Below, in pieces: positions 44,486 to 53,885 of a DNA stretch of 64,000 nt. The notes beneath the pieces were generated by a model. That model was not told the DNA's origin, ran no database searches, and saw only the letters and a list, made by a program, of their open reading frames with translations. The translations under genes and the position numbers were made by a program. Within the stretch, counting starts at the first letter, position 1; each line of letters begins with the position of its first letter. This stretch comes from Parcubacteria bacterium C7867-001 (lineage in GTDB: Bacteria > Patescibacteriota > Minisyncoccia > Phycocordibacterales > Phycocordibacteraceae): positions 84,485 through 148,484 of the forward strand of contig LFCK01000001.1 of the NCBI GenBank assembly GCA_001189095.1. The letters are read 5' to 3'.

Positions 44486-47134
44486 CTACGGGACTTCGGT
44501 CCACGAACCAATCGAGATTGAAGGAGGAGGGGGCGGAGGAGGCGGCGCAGGAGGGGTGGCTGGTGTGCTCCACTCGTCGTTATCGCTTGAGCTGTAGGAA
44601 GCGCCGTTACTTGCATCGCCATCGGTGTGGCAGCCGGCGTCTTCGGCGTCGATGAGGCCATCGCCATCGTCATCAACCGTGTTTGCGCAGGCTGCTGCAG
44701 CGGCTGGGCAGATTTGTGTACCAATTGATTGGAAGATACCGCTCATAGCGCTTGAAGCTGGTGCGATGAAGAGGTTGGTGTGGGTCACGCTACCTCCTCC
44801 TGAGCTGCCGTTTGAGCCGCTCTGGGAATAGGTGAAGGTGACGGGTGTCGGTGTCGAGACGACACGGAAGGTTCCGTTGTAAGCGGCGTTCGTGACGCCA
44901 CTTATGACGATACGCTCATTCACTACGACGCGATGCGGAATGCTGGTCGTTACCGTCACGGTATTGCTTGCACGCGAGATTGAGGTGATGGATATTGCAG
45001 GGAGCGTACTCGGGCTCGAAAGCGATTGCAGGAAGTTTTGGCCGCTCGCATCGCCGAAGTGGATGCTGAAGATGTTGACGCCGTTCGCTCGTGCGTTTGT
45101 TGCAGCGGTTGAGGCAAAGGTCGAAGGGTCGGTCGGGACTGTGTAGGAAACGCGGGCGTTCACGTTGTCGAGTGCGCAGGTCGGTCCTGACGTAAGTTCG
45201 TGCACGCGGACGCGGAAGTTCGCATCGGTAAAGTCGGACGGAGTGAAAGTACGCCCGCTCCATGGGTTGTCGAAGGTGGTCGAAGCCATCGAGGTCGAAA
45301 GTGTAGCGGTTTGTTCGCTCGTCCAGCTGCTGCCGCCATTCCACGAAACTGCAGTACCGAGCTGGCAGGAGCCGCTTTGCTGATACGTCACGCGGACGCG
45401 GATATGATCGAGGCTTACCGTGCTTCCGCTGCAGTTTCCTCCCGAAGCATCATCGAAGGAAACCTTCGCGACGAAGTTAGTATTCGTGAATTCGCTCGCG
45501 GACCATGTGTGTCCCCACGTGTCGCTTGCGGAACCGAGGGTATAGGTCGTATCGGATCCTGAGAGGTTAGTGGTCTTAGTGCTGGTGTTACTCGAGCCGT
45601 TATTCCACGAGAGGCGGGTTTGGAGCTGGCAACCGTTTGTATCGGATGATTTCGCACGCGCTTCGACCTCGATGCCGAGAATGGTCGCACCGCTTGGAAT
45701 GGTCGGTAGATTGAAGGACCCGTAGCCCTGTTCGTCGTTTTCGTTCGTTTCGGTTGCGTAGCTACCATTTTGGAACGTGAACGCATTCGTTGCGTTCGAC
45801 CAGTTGTTTGGTGATTTTGTCGCAGACGGGAGAAGGAATCCGGTGTTCGCTACGATTGCAGGCGAGGAAGAGGCACGCGTTTGCACTTCGACGTTTGTGA
45901 TAGTCGCGTTCGATGGAATGCTACCGAAGCCGAAGGTAAAGTATTGGTGCGTATGAGCTCCGCTATCGCTGACGACTCCTGCGCCATAGGCGCCGGCAGG
46001 ATTCGTCCACGCGTTCCCTGAGCTTCCTGCTGCGTTTGCCGACGGAGCTCGCCAACCGCTGTTGAGTGGACTCGAGCCTGACGGTTCGTTCGGGAGACCG
46101 TCCGACACAAAGATGAGCACCTTGCTCTTCGCGCTGTCATGGCGCGCGCTCGCGAGTTCCGTATCAGCGACGTTAACTGCGGCACCAAGATTACTTCCCA
46201 CGCTGCTGTTGCTACCGGTTATAGAGGTGAGGGTTGAAGAAAGGGTGCTGTAGAAGTTCGAAAGCTGCCCATTCGTCGGGATGGAGGCGGGGCTACCGTC
46301 AAGACCGCCGAAGCTTCCGACTGCAATCTTCGGGAGTGCAGCGACACCTGCGTAGAGATTGATGAGGGCGTTACCAGCTGAGCGTTCATTATTAAGATCC
46401 GTGCCTGACATACTGCCGGTTCGGTCGAAGACCATTGCGGTATCCGCGCAGGAGGGTGCGGGCGGCGGCGCGGTAACGGTGACTGTTGCGCTGCAGGTGT
46501 TTGAACCGCCGGCATTAGTGGCGGTCATAGTAAAGGTTACGGTGCCGGGGCTTACGCCCGGATTAAAGGTGTAGGAACCGCTCGAAAGCGGAGAAATTGA
46601 GCCCACGCCATGGTCGATGCTTGCGCTCGTTGCGCCGCCGGAAGTGCTCCAGAGGAGGGTGAGGTTCTGGCCAAAAGGTAGGGAGGTTGGGGAAGCGATG
46701 AGTGCGCAGTTTGGTGGTGGGGTAACGGCTGCCACTGCAGGGTCCTGGGCAGTCGCAGAGACGGAAAGCGTGCTCCATGCGCCGCGGAATCCAGCCTTGG
46801 TTGTGATGGTGTAGGTTCGTTTGCCGTTTACTGCCATTGGGGTCACGGTCGGGCCCAGAATGGCGCAGGACGTCGCTGAGCCGTATGCGGTGCCGAGCGT
46901 AACGGTCTCGCCGCCTACGGGTGCCACGTAGTTGTAATCGACGCCTATTTTCGAGAGCGCAGAATGCACGCACGCTTCTGCAAGCCCGAGCGAGATGCGT
47001 TTGTACTCGCTGTTGAGCACATCGAAGCGCGAGAAGAAGGTGGTGTTCGCAAGCGTAGTCGCAAGACCGAGCAGAATCGTCGAAATGACGACAGCTGAGA
47101 TGAGTGCGATAAATCCTCGGGGTTTAGTAGTCAT
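44486..47134 (-). CDS. PilX-like minor pilin/adhesin with vWA domain and inserted beta-sandwich domains
   Basis: RG|FIALISAVVIS (no Glu5), LAEACV, VFDRTGSM MIDAS-like, VSDGLPN, DDDGDGLID Ca-binding-like loop, C-terminal SWTEVP. Confidence 0.85.
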   Translation of the reverse strand: MTTKPRGFIALISAVVISTILLGLATTLANTTFFSRFDVLNSEYKRISLGLAEACVHSALSKIGVDYNYVAPVGGETVTLGTAYGSATSCAILGPTVTPMAVNGKRTYTITTKAGFRGAWSTLSVSATAQDPAVAAVTPPPNCALIASPTSLPFGQNLTLLWSTSGGATSASIDHGVGSISPLSSGSYTFNPGVSPGTVTFTMTATNAGGSNTCSATVTVTAPPPAPSCADTAMVFDRTGSMSGTDLNNERSAGNALINLYAGVAALPKIAVGSFGGLDGSPASIPTNGQLSNFYSTLSSTLTSITGSNSSVGSNLGAAVNVADTELASARHDSAKSKVLIFVSDGLPNEPSGSSPLNSGWRAPSANAAGSSGNAWTNPAGAYGAGVVSDSGAHTHQYFTFGFGSIPSNATITNVEVQTRASSSPAIVANTGFLLPSATKSPNNWSNATNAFTFQNGSYATETNENDEQGYGSFNLPTIPSGATILGIEVEARAKSSDTNGCQLQTRLSWNNGSSNTSTKTTNLSGSDTTYTLGSASDTWGHTWSASEFTNTNFVAKVSFDDASGGNCSGSTVSLDHIRVRVTYQQSGSCQLGTAVSWNGGSSWTSEQTATLSTSMASTTFDNPWSGRTFTPSDFTDANFRVRVHELTSGPTCALDNVNARVSYTVPTDPSTFASTAATNARANGVNIFSIHFGDASGQNFLQSLSSPSTLPAISITSISRASNTVTVTTSIPHRVVVNERIVISGVTNAAYNGTFRVVSTPTPVTFTYSQSGSNGSSGGGSVTHTNLFIAPASSAMSGIFQSIGTQICPAAAAACANTVDDDGDGLIDAEDAGCHTDGDASNGASYSSSDNDEWSTPATPPAPPPPPPPPSISIGSWTEVP

Positions 47135-47135
47135 A

Positions 47136-47633
47136 TTATTTTCGTAGATAGACGGTGGTGGTCGCCTGACGCATGACAAGCGAACCGGTTGGCGTGCGTG
47201 CGGAAAGCGTTACCGATGCCTCGACCGACTCAGGTGTGATGCCGTCTCCTGATCCTTCCGTATGCGTGACGGTGAAGGCCGTCACAAAAACGTTCGTATT
47301 GTTAAGCACAGCAGGCGATCCGCCACCCTTCGAGAGGGTAAGGTTCGTGCCGTTCTGGGCGACGACGACGGGATTTCCGATGCTCGTATCCCACTTGGCG
47401 ACCGTGAGCGCGCTGCCGGTCGTACCGACGCCGGGTGCCGTTACTGCCTGCGCGCCCGAAAGGGCCCAGTTCACTTTCGCGATGAGGAAATCAGTTTCTT
47501 CTTGCAGCATGACGCGCGTGCCACCGCGTTCCGCCGCCTCAAAAAGGTTGTATGCACCAACAACCGCTCCTCCAATAAGGATGGTGAAGAGTGCGATATA
47601 GACGAGCGTTTCAAGAAGAGTGAAGCCTTTCAT
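47136..47633 (-). CDS. Minor pilin
   Basis: KG|FTLLETLVYIAL. Confidence 0.9.
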   Translation of the reverse strand: MKGFTLLETLVYIALFTILIGGAVVGAYNLFEAAERGGTRVMLQEETDFLIAKVNWALSGAQAVTAPGVGTTGSALTVAKWDTSIGNPVVVAQNGTNLTLSKGGGSPAVLNNTNVFVTAFTVTHTEGSGDGITPESVEASVTLSARTPTGSLVMRQATTTVYLRK

Positions 47634-47634
47634 A

Positions 47635-49623
47635 CTATGGTGCGGTGATGATGGAAATCGAACCCTTGTTCGCATTCCCGCCTGTGGTAGGAACAGAAGC
47701 AGCAAAGAGATAGTTATCCTCGCAATCAAGTGCGGTACCAGCGGCAGATGATGGAAGGGTGACAGCGGCACCTGGATTCATTGACCCGTTTGCCGCGATG
47801 CTTGCAATCTGCACTTTTCCACTTGCGCCCGTTGTGTTGCCGGTGAGAAGAAACGCGAGGGATCCACGAATAATCGTGTCGTACACACCGATGGTGTTCC
47901 CGCTCGTGCCGATGTCATAGCTGCTTGTAAGTGTTGGGGTGGCGTTCGTTACGTCGAGTGTGAGTGACTCGGCGGCGTTGTTGAGACTGTAATAGCGACC
48001 GAGATAGAGCGTATTGCCGACCGTGTAGAGACTTTTTCCTTGGCCGCCCGTTGAACCTGCTGCGTCATACACACCACGAAGCGTGGGGTGGGCAAGATCC
48101 TCAAGATCAAGAGCGATGAGTTCGCGATTCGTGTCGTCGGTTGCAAGATAGGCACGTGCGCTGCGCACGTAGATTGCGTTTATGCCCGCGCCAACCTCGT
48201 AGGTGCCAAGAGGAGTTGCAGGAATAGAGAGCGGGTTATGGACGTCGATGACGTAAAATTCCGGTCCAGAAGGATTATTTGCGAGTCCAAGGAAGACATA
48301 GCCATCTTTATAGAAAATAGAGCGCGCGACCACGCTTCCGCTCGGAACGCTCCACGTGCTCGTTGCAAGCGGGATGGTCGGCGTGACGTCTATGGCTTGG
48401 AGCTGTTTTGTCGTCGAGTTGGTCGCGACGAAAGCGAAATTGCCTGAGTTCGTCGTGGTCGCCACCGCGACCGCGTTAATGCCGGCATTTACGGAGTTGT
48501 TTGCAAGGCCTCCTCGCAGAGTTGGCACGCTGTGGTTGCTGACATTCAGCACATAGAATTGGTTGATGTAGGTCACCGTAATTTTCACATTGTCGACCGA
48601 TGCCGTGCGGCTTCCAAAACCCGACCCTGAGGTAGCCGAAAGCACGACGCCGAAGGCTGAATTGTTTATGTCACTCGCGGAGAGATAGTTTTCGCCCCAC
48701 AGATCACTCGTGTTGCCGTAGTTTGCGGTTCCGTCCGAAGTGGGCCAGCTGCTGCTCGTATTTGCTCGGTTTGCGCTGCTCAAGCTTCCGTCTGGCTTCA
48801 CGAGACGAACAACCGAATCGCGCACGGTATTCGTGCTACTCGAGCCCTTGCGTTCAATGTCCACCTGCACGCCGAGAATGGTAGCTCCCTGCGGTATCGA
48901 AAAGCCGAAGTTGGTCGCTTTAAGATAGCGAGTGGTTTGGCTCGATGAGAGAGAAGCGGTTGTGTAGTTGTTGTCGCTTGAAAGCGCGTTGCTTGGATTG
49001 TTCCATGATACGGTGCCGCCCGCGCTGTCGGACACACTGGTTCCTGTGTTGCGCGCTGCTGGTGTGACAGATGGCGTATTCACTGCAACATAGAGACGTT
49101 GCTGGTGTGCATCGACGTCGGTGATCGGATACAGTCCCGAACTGTCGCCGAGGATGTCGGCACCAAGAAGCGCTTTGGTCGGGTTCACAACGAACGGGAA
49201 TGACCAGTTGCCGGTGACGATGGAATCGCAGGTATCGCCGCCGATGATGTTTGAGAAGTTACTCACCACGGTCTGAAGCTCGACTTTCTGGCCGCGTCCG
49301 TACATGCCGCCCCACGCGACCAGTGCGGTCACGTGCTTGGTATAAAAATTCACCGAATCTACCGTGATGGTTTTCGTGTAGAGTGTGCCACCGATGGTTT
49401 CCGTGCTGGTGGTCGCAAGCACGAGACGAAAGTCTTTGCGCGAGAGCGCTTGTTCGTTTTCGATCATCTTGCCGGCGACGCCGAGCGCTTCCGCATTCAT
49501 CTCGGTGTCGACCGCGCCCGATTGGATGCCGGGGAAGAGCATGAGCACTGCCGAAAGTGAGAGGATGAGCACGGTCATCGCAATGAGCATTTCGAGCGTT
49601 GAGAATCCGCGGAGGTTTTTCAT
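47635..49623 (-). CDS. Large minor pilin with LVIVD-like beta-propeller and inserted beta-sandwich
   Basis: RG|FSTLEMLIA; FYVIDV and LIALDL repeats. Confidence 0.85.
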   Translation of the reverse strand: MKNLRGFSTLEMLIAMTVLILSLSAVLMLFPGIQSGAVDTEMNAEALGVAGKMIENEQALSRKDFRLVLATTSTETIGGTLYTKTITVDSVNFYTKHVTALVAWGGMYGRGQKVELQTVVSNFSNIIGGDTCDSIVTGNWSFPFVVNPTKALLGADILGDSSGLYPITDVDAHQQRLYVAVNTPSVTPAARNTGTSVSDSAGGTVSWNNPSNALSSDNNYTTASLSSSQTTRYLKATNFGFSIPQGATILGVQVDIERKGSSSTNTVRDSVVRLVKPDGSLSSANRANTSSSWPTSDGTANYGNTSDLWGENYLSASDINNSAFGVVLSATSGSGFGSRTASVDNVKITVTYINQFYVLNVSNHSVPTLRGGLANNSVNAGINAVAVATTTNSGNFAFVATNSTTKQLQAIDVTPTIPLATSTWSVPSGSVVARSIFYKDGYVFLGLANNPSGPEFYVIDVHNPLSIPATPLGTYEVGAGINAIYVRSARAYLATDDTNRELIALDLEDLAHPTLRGVYDAAGSTGGQGKSLYTVGNTLYLGRYYSLNNAAESLTLDVTNATPTLTSSYDIGTSGNTIGVYDTIIRGSLAFLLTGNTTGASGKVQIASIAANGSMNPGAAVTLPSSAAGTALDCEDNYLFAASVPTTGGNANKGSISIITAP

Positions 49624-49624
49624 A

Positions 49625-50128
49625 TTAGTTGGTCCACCAGATGCGGCCTTCCGACTCGACCGTAATCACTGAGGTGTGTCCGCCTTGATCGATGACGGTA
49701 AGCGTCGTCGCTCCTGCTGGATTTGGAACCGTATTCCCCGAAAGTTCGAAGAACGTCATGCTTGAGAATCCGCTCACCGAAGCGGCTGCGTTTTTTGCCT
49801 CGATGATTTCATCGACGGCAGTGTCGCGTGTGGCGTAGGTCGCGCCCTGATAGATTACGTACTTGCCGGTGAGGCCGAAATAGACGCCGTGCGGCTTTCC
49901 GTCGGTGCAACCGGTGCCGAAGCACATATTGTTGATGGCTTGGCTGCGTGCTTTCTGGAGTGTGCTCACGATAATGTCGCGTTCGTTGCGAAAGGTGAAT
50001 CCGCGGAAATCATCGAAATTAACAAACAGGCCGAATGCGCCCACGATCGTGACGAGGCCAAGTACGACGATTATTTCGAGCAGGGAGAACCCGCGCGGAC
50101 TATGGATGGAGATTCTGGGTGATTCCAT
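49625..50128 (-). CDS. FimT/GspH-like minor pilin
   Basis: RG|FSLLEIIVVL, LQKARSQA, EGRI. Confidence 0.88.
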   Translation of the reverse strand: MESPRISIHSPRGFSLLEIIVVLGLVTIVGAFGLFVNFDDFRGFTFRNERDIIVSTLQKARSQAINNMCFGTGCTDGKPHGVYFGLTGKYVIYQGATYATRDTAVDEIIEAKNAAASVSGFSSMTFFELSGNTVPNPAGATTLTVIDQGGHTSVITVESEGRIWWTN

Positions 50129-51236
50129 AAATTGGAGTGATGATGGCGACCGCAATGAAGCCAACGACAAGGCCCATCATCACCATGAGTGCTGGCTCGA
50201 TGAGGCTCGAGAGATTCTTCGAGAATTCCTCGACTTCGGACTCGTACAGCTCCGAAAGATAGATGAGTGTGTTGGAGAGACTGCCCGAACGTTCACCGAC
50301 TGAAATCATCTGGGAGAGCACCGGCGGGAAGAGGAATGAGTTCAAGAAGAACGATTTGGAGAGCTGTTCGCCGCGTATGATGGCTTCGCCTGCTTTACGG
50401 TATTCCGCCTTATACACCAGGTTTTGCGTCGTGTCCGCAGTAAGTGGAAGTGCTTCAGCAAGCGTCATACCGCTTTTTATAAGGAGGCCGAGGGTACGCG
50501 TTGCGTTTGCAAGGTTGTAGGAACGAAGCATTTCGCCGAAGAGCGGCATACCGAGCATCCAACCGTCGAGCAGGTAGCGGAAGCGCTGGCTCTTGCTGCG
50601 CACCACGATGATAGTGATGAGTATCGCGATGAGCGCGAGCATCGTCCAAAGACCCCACGCCTGGAGGAAGGTCGAAACCGCAATCACAATTTTTGTTGTG
50701 AGCGGGAGTTCCATATGGAGCGACGCGAAGATCGGCATGATCTTCGGGAAGAGGTAGAGCATGAGGAAGCCCGTGATGCCGATGGTCGCAAGCGTAATAA
50801 CGATTGGATAGACGAGCGCGCCGATTATTTTCTGTTTGAGCGAATGGCGCTTCTTCAGTTCGTCGGCAAGATAGTTGAGGTTTTCCGAAAGGGTTCCTGA
50901 GGACTCACCTATGCGAACAATATTCACCGCATAGTCGCCGAACACCGAATCGAACTTGCTGAAGCTGCGCGCGAGCGAGGAACCGTTCGAGATGTCCGCG
51001 ATAACGCTCGTGAGCACACGCGCGTGGCGACGCGAGAGTGTTTGCTCGGCAATCATGGAAAGACTCTCAAGGAGTGGAACACCGGCACTTGCGAGGAAGG
51101 AGAGGCGCTTCATGAGGAACATCTGTTCCTTTACGGAAAGGCGTGGTGTGGTCTGTCGCTCGTACGTTGCATACCACGTTCCCATGCGCGTCTGCGCATT
51201 CTGGGTGAAGCGAGAAATGTGGCGCATGCTATTCAT
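50100..51236 (-). CDS. pilC: Type IV pilus platform protein (PilC/GspF)
   Basis: AGVPLLESL, GESSGTL, ALVYP, GERSGSL, IEP. Confidence 0.93.
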   Translation of the reverse strand: MNSMRHISRFTQNAQTRMGTWYATYERQTTPRLSVKEQMFLMKRLSFLASAGVPLLESLSMIAEQTLSRRHARVLTSVIADISNGSSLARSFSKFDSVFGDYAVNIVRIGESSGTLSENLNYLADELKKRHSLKQKIIGALVYPIVITLATIGITGFLMLYLFPKIMPIFASLHMELPLTTKIVIAVSTFLQAWGLWTMLALIAILITIIVVRSKSQRFRYLLDGWMLGMPLFGEMLRSYNLANATRTLGLLIKSGMTLAEALPLTADTTQNLVYKAEYRKAGEAIIRGEQLSKSFFLNSFLFPPVLSQMISVGERSGSLSNTLIYLSELYESEVEEFSKNLSSLIEPALMVMMGLVVGFIAVAIITPIYGITQNLHP

Positions 51237-52485
51237 GGACAACGCGAAGGACTTCTTCGATGGTCGTATCGCCGGCGCGGACCTTTTCCATACCGTCCTC
51301 AAGCATGGTGGTCATACCTTCTTTGATAGCGGTCTGGCGTATCGCTTCAGCAGAAGCTTTGGTAAGAATGAGCTCGCGCAGCGCCGGGGTTGCCACGAGC
51401 ACTTCGTTAATGGAAAGACGTCCGCGATAACCAGATTCATTGCAGTTCGCGCACCCTTTGCCGCGATAGATGGTTTCGCCTTTCGCAAAGGGTTTTTCGA
51501 CCGAGAGCTGTGAAAGACGCGCAAACTCTGCGTCGGTAAGCGTGTGCTTTTCCTTGCACATGTCACAGATCTTGCGCACGAGACGTTGGCCAATGGCGAT
51601 ATTCATCGTTGACGCGACGAGATACGGATCAATGCCCATGTCGGAAAGGCGTGGAAGGGTCGTTGTTGCGTCGTTGGTGTGAAGCGTTGAGAAGAGTAGG
51701 TGGCCAGTGAGTGCAGCGTTCACCGCGATGGTGGCTGTTTCGCCGTCACGGATTTCGCCAACCATGATGATGTCTGGATCCTGACGGAGAATGGAGCGGA
51801 GTCCGGTCGCAAACGTAAGGCCGCTGCGGGTATTCACCTGAATCTGCTCGATCGAATCGACGGAATATTCGATCGGGTCTTCAATGGTAACAATGGCGAC
51901 CTCCGGCGCACTCAGCATCTTGATGAGCGTATAGAGCGTGGTGGTTTTTCCTGAGCCAGTAGGGCCCGTCGAAAGAATCATGCCGCTCGTCTTGTGGATG
52001 GCCGTTTCGATCTTCTTACAGTCGCTTTCACTAAAACCAAGCATGGCAAGGGAATAGTTTTCGCTGTGATCTGCGAGGATACGGAGCACACAGTTTTCGC
52101 CGTGGTAGGTCGGCGCGATAGAGACACGTATGTCGATAAAGCGTCCGTCGGAGAGTGCTTGGCGGAAGCGTCCGTCTTGTGGCGTGTGGTGTTCGTCGGT
52201 GCGCAGCTGAGAGACAACCTTGATGCGGGAAATGACCTCCTGATGGATGCTTTTCGGGAACGACTCGATGTCCTGTAAGACGCCGTCGACGCGGAAGCGG
52301 ATACGGACGGATTCGCGGGCCGGATCGATATGGATATCGGACGCATTCATCAGATGCGCTCGTTCGAGGAGCGTTTCGAGGACGCGGATGATGGAGATAT
52401 CGTTACCCTTCGCAAGCTCGCTGGCGAGGCTTGCTTTGAGTTCGGAACCTACCACCCCACCTGGAACTGGGGACGGTGATTGCAT
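51229..52485 (-). CDS. pilB: Type IV pilus assembly ATPase (PilB/GspE, short N-terminus)
   Basis: ASDIHIDP, GPTGSGKTTTLY, TIEDPIE, LRQDPD, TGHLLFSTLHTN, CxxC..CxxC. Confidence 0.93.
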   Translation of the reverse strand: MQSPSPVPGGVVGSELKASLASELAKGNDISIIRVLETLLERAHLMNASDIHIDPARESVRIRFRVDGVLQDIESFPKSIHQEVISRIKVVSQLRTDEHHTPQDGRFRQALSDGRFIDIRVSIAPTYHGENCVLRILADHSENYSLAMLGFSESDCKKIETAIHKTSGMILSTGPTGSGKTTTLYTLIKMLSAPEVAIVTIEDPIEYSVDSIEQIQVNTRSGLTFATGLRSILRQDPDIIMVGEIRDGETATIAVNAALTGHLLFSTLHTNDATTTLPRLSDMGIDPYLVASTMNIAIGQRLVRKICDMCKEKHTLTDAEFARLSQLSVEKPFAKGETIYRGKGCANCNESGYRGRLSINEVLVATPALRELILTKASAEAIRQTAIKEGMTTMLEDGMEKVRAGDTTIEEVLRVVHE

Positions 52486-52591
52486 ATAAGGACGCTCGTA
52501 GTATACGAATCGGCGGACTTTTGTCGAGTGATTTGACAAAGCGTCAATATGTCCGTGATTTCCCAATGTATGAGCTGCTAAACTATGAACC

Positions 52592-53800
52592 ATGAATGAA
52601 TCGACGGCGCGTCCGTACTGCGTAGAGTGCGGCGGTGAGGCGGTGATGCATCGCCTCACCTATATATCGGTATTCATGGATGGGATACTCATGCCGCGCG
52701 TGAAGCCGAATGGTTTTACGCGTTGGTTCGCCTCGCTGGTGCAAAGCATCGAGTGCCGCGTCACGCCGTTCCTCCTCAAAGGATTCGTACTTCTTGGACT
52801 CGCCCGTAAAGTGGACGTGCCGGACGAAAAGACCGTACTGCTCGCAAAGATGCTCTGGGAAGACGCGACGCGACGCTCGATTCCGATGTGGGAATTCCGC
52901 CTCTTTAATCTCGCGCGCAACGTATATGTCGCTGAGTTGCCGGATGGCCGCTCGATTGCGTTCGAGGGAATTCCGGTGACGAAAGCGGACCTCAAGCGCG
53001 CTCCGTGGATGGATGATAAGGCGGAACTCAAGAAGCGATTCCGTGCGCTCGGACTTCCTATCGCTGCCGGCGGTGACGCGCTTACGACTGACGGCGCCCT
53101 GAAGCTTTTCCGGTCGCTCAGCGCACCGGTCATTGTGAAGCCTTTTACTGGTTCAGCTTCGCGCCATACGACGCTCCATATTCGGAACGACCTCGAGCTT
53201 CTGCGTGCGTTTGATATTGCGACGCAGCTCGCGCCTCGCGCAGTAATAGAAGAAGAGCTTGTGGGGCCGGTGTATCGCGCGACCGTAGTCGACGGCAAGC
53301 TTGCTGCTACTCTGCGTCGGGACCAGCCGCACGTTATTGGCGACGGGCATCGCACCGTGAAGTCGCTTGTCGCAAAAGCCAATGAGCACCCTGCTCGTTC
53401 GGGTCCGTACTTCCATCCGATGCAGATCGACAAGGCGGCGGAACGGGAACTCGCCTATCAAGGCCTTACGCCCGATTCCATTCTAAAGAAAGGTCAGCGG
53501 GCGACGCTCCATCAAAAGATAAACTGGGGTCTCGGCGGAACGACGGCGGATGTGACCGACGAAGTGCATCCTGAGACGAAAGAGCTTTTCGAGGAGGTTG
53601 CGCGCGTCACGAGTGCACCGGTTGTGGGCATTGATTTCATCATCGGCGACATAACGCGCTCTTATAAGGAACAGGAACGCTGCGGCATCATCGAGTGCAA
53701 TTCCATGCCGTTTTTTGATAATCACCACTTGCCATTTGAGGGGCAGCCGCGGAATGTCGCGGGCGCTATTTGGGACATGATTCTCGCTGAAGGGCGGTAA
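52592..53800 (+). CDS. ATP-grasp ligase resembling the N-terminal module of cyanophycin synthetase/GshF
   Basis: DDKAELK, VIVKP, VIGDGHRTVKSLV, GGTTADVTDEVHP, GIDFI, IIECNSMP..HH.P..G.PRNVA; no Mur domain. Confidence 0.8.
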   Translation: MNESTARPYCVECGGEAVMHRLTYISVFMDGILMPRVKPNGFTRWFASLVQSIECRVTPFLLKGFVLLGLARKVDVPDEKTVLLAKMLWEDATRRSIPMWEFRLFNLARNVYVAELPDGRSIAFEGIPVTKADLKRAPWMDDKAELKKRFRALGLPIAAGGDALTTDGALKLFRSLSAPVIVKPFTGSASRHTTLHIRNDLELLRAFDIATQLAPRAVIEEELVGPVYRATVVDGKLAATLRRDQPHVIGDGHRTVKSLVAKANEHPARSGPYFHPMQIDKAAERELAYQGLTPDSILKKGQRATLHQKINWGLGGTTADVTDEVHPETKELFEEVARVTSAPVVGIDFIIGDITRSYKEQERCGIIECNSMPFFDNHHLPFEGQPRNVAGAIWDMILAEGR

Positions 53801-53885
53801 GCAGCTTATTTTTGACGGGGTACTCCATAAGGAGTACTTTGAGTGCAGAACCACGTGTTCTTTTTTCAACCAGAAGGTGACACCA

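Noticed and set aside
52533..52547. TTGAC-N5-GTCAA palindrome as FNR/CRP-type site
   Set aside because: Spacing does not fit FNR (N4), there is only one instance, and it may be overlapping -35-like boxes.
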